A stretch of DNA of 64,000 nt from Candidatus Saccharimonadales bacterium (GTDB lineage Bacteria; Patescibacteriota; Saccharimonadia; Saccharimonadales; EFPC-124), in the NCBI GenBank assembly GCA_035457485.1, contig DATIBO010000006.1, positions 626,659 through 690,658 on the forward strand, read 5' to 3'. Each line of letters opens with the position of its first letter. Within the stretch, counting starts at the first letter, position 1. The translations under genes were made by a program, and so were the position numbers. Under the pieces are notes generated by a model. It was not told the DNA's origin and did no database searches. It saw nothing but the letters and a program-made list of their open reading frames with translations. Positions 63,529 through 64,000 of this stretch are shown here, piece after piece.

Positions 63529-63568
63529 GCCAACCATAGCAGCGATAAGAAAACTAGTAAGGGAATAA

Positions 63569-64000
63569 ATGCAAAAAATCATACCATGCCTATGGTTCAA
63601 TATGAACGCTGAAGAGGCTGTGAACTACTACCTAAGTGTATTTAAAAATTCCAAAATCATTCGCATGGACAAATATCCTGATGAATCCTTAGACGAGCAT
63701 TTTAAAGGTATGGCCGGCAAAGTGATCAACGGTGAGTTTGAATTAGACGGTATGCGTTTCACATGTTTAGATGGAGGTCCAGCCTTTAAAATTAGCGAGG
63801 CTGTGTCGTTTATCGTTACCTGCAAAGACCAAGCTGAAGTTGATTATTACTGGGAAAAACTATCTGCAGTACCCGAATCGGAACAATGCGGCTGGTGCAA
63901 AGACAAATTTGGCGTAAGCTGGCAAATTATACCAACTCGTTTAGGCGAGCTACTCAGTCATCCTGACAAGACCAAGGCAAACAAAGCCATGCAAGCAATG
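63569..64000 (+). CDS. VOC-superfamily protein (PhnB / 3-demethylubiquinone-9 3-methyltransferase-domain type), 3' end outside window
   Basis: Not in the ORF track because it has no stop inside the window. ATG 63569 with SD AAGGGA. MQKIIPCLWFN..AEEAVNYY.. ..CGWCKDKFGVSWQI.. Open to nt 64000 (144 codons). Confidence 0.65.
   Translation, partial: MQKIIPCLWFNMNAEEAVNYYLSVFKNSKIIRMDKYPDESLDEHFKGMAGKVINGEFELDGMRFTCLDGGPAFKISEAVSFIVTCKDQAEVDYYWEKLSAVPESEQCGWCKDKFGVSWQIIPTRLGELLSHPDKTKANKAMQAM

Noticed and set aside
4705-63565. The GC-rich islets as integron cassettes, IS elements, MITE copies or simple contig mis-joins.
   Set aside because: No integrase or transposase is present. The hairpins and ends share no sequence, and the islets are dispersed rather than arrayed. 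Each is flanked on both sides by intact resident genes within a few tens of nt, which a simple chimeric join would not produce. Assembly artefact cannot be fully excluded without reads.
1-64000. CRISPR arrays, rRNA genes, tmRNA or RNase P RNA.
   Set aside because: No regularly spaced direct repeats and none of the conserved rRNA, tmRNA or RNase P sequence blocks were seen on either strand. Detection by eye is limited.

Overview
Low-GC, compact bacterial chromosome segment. Gene content suggests a reduced-genome, possibly Patescibacteria/Saccharibacteria-like organism, but that is inference only. Nt 1-27,300 are mostly core genes: a dTTP-synthesis cluster (DHFR-like, dcd, thyA, dCMP deaminase, tmk), rplJ-rplL, two M20 peptidases, dnaX-dnaB, ybaB-recR, a DHH/NrnA-like phosphoesterase, cysS, a DEAD-box helicase, typA and one class-II tRNA. 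Nt 27,300-50,200 hold envelope, surface and accessory genes. These include a decayed hydrolase pseudogene, a coupled membrane-anchored DUF1524 nuclease / beta-lactamase-less ComEC / double-LTD surface protein cluster, a collagen-like fibre protein, an orphan pair of phage-tail-fibre-like genes, a PAP-like phosphoesterase with a CBM, a lipase, two domain-permuted membrane-protein paralogs and a GT-C/PIG-L fusion with GtrA. Nt 50,400-64,000 are a regulator-dense (AraC, TetR, ArsR, MarR, HxlR) detox/efflux cluster. The most unusual signal is compositional. Five dispersed GC-rich single-ORF islets (about 4705-5300, 13073-13600, 16077-16730, 46202-47201, 63299-63558) and one ORF-less GC hairpin stub (about 16757-16850) sit in intergenic gaps next to housekeeping genes. 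Four islets (B-E) have a resident-type AT-rich extended -10 signal on the 5' side, an ORF with strongly G/C-ending codons and unrecognisable product, and their own GC-rich hairpin; islet A shares the ORF and hairpin but no upstream promoter was found. No rRNA, CRISPR array, transposase or integrase was seen.
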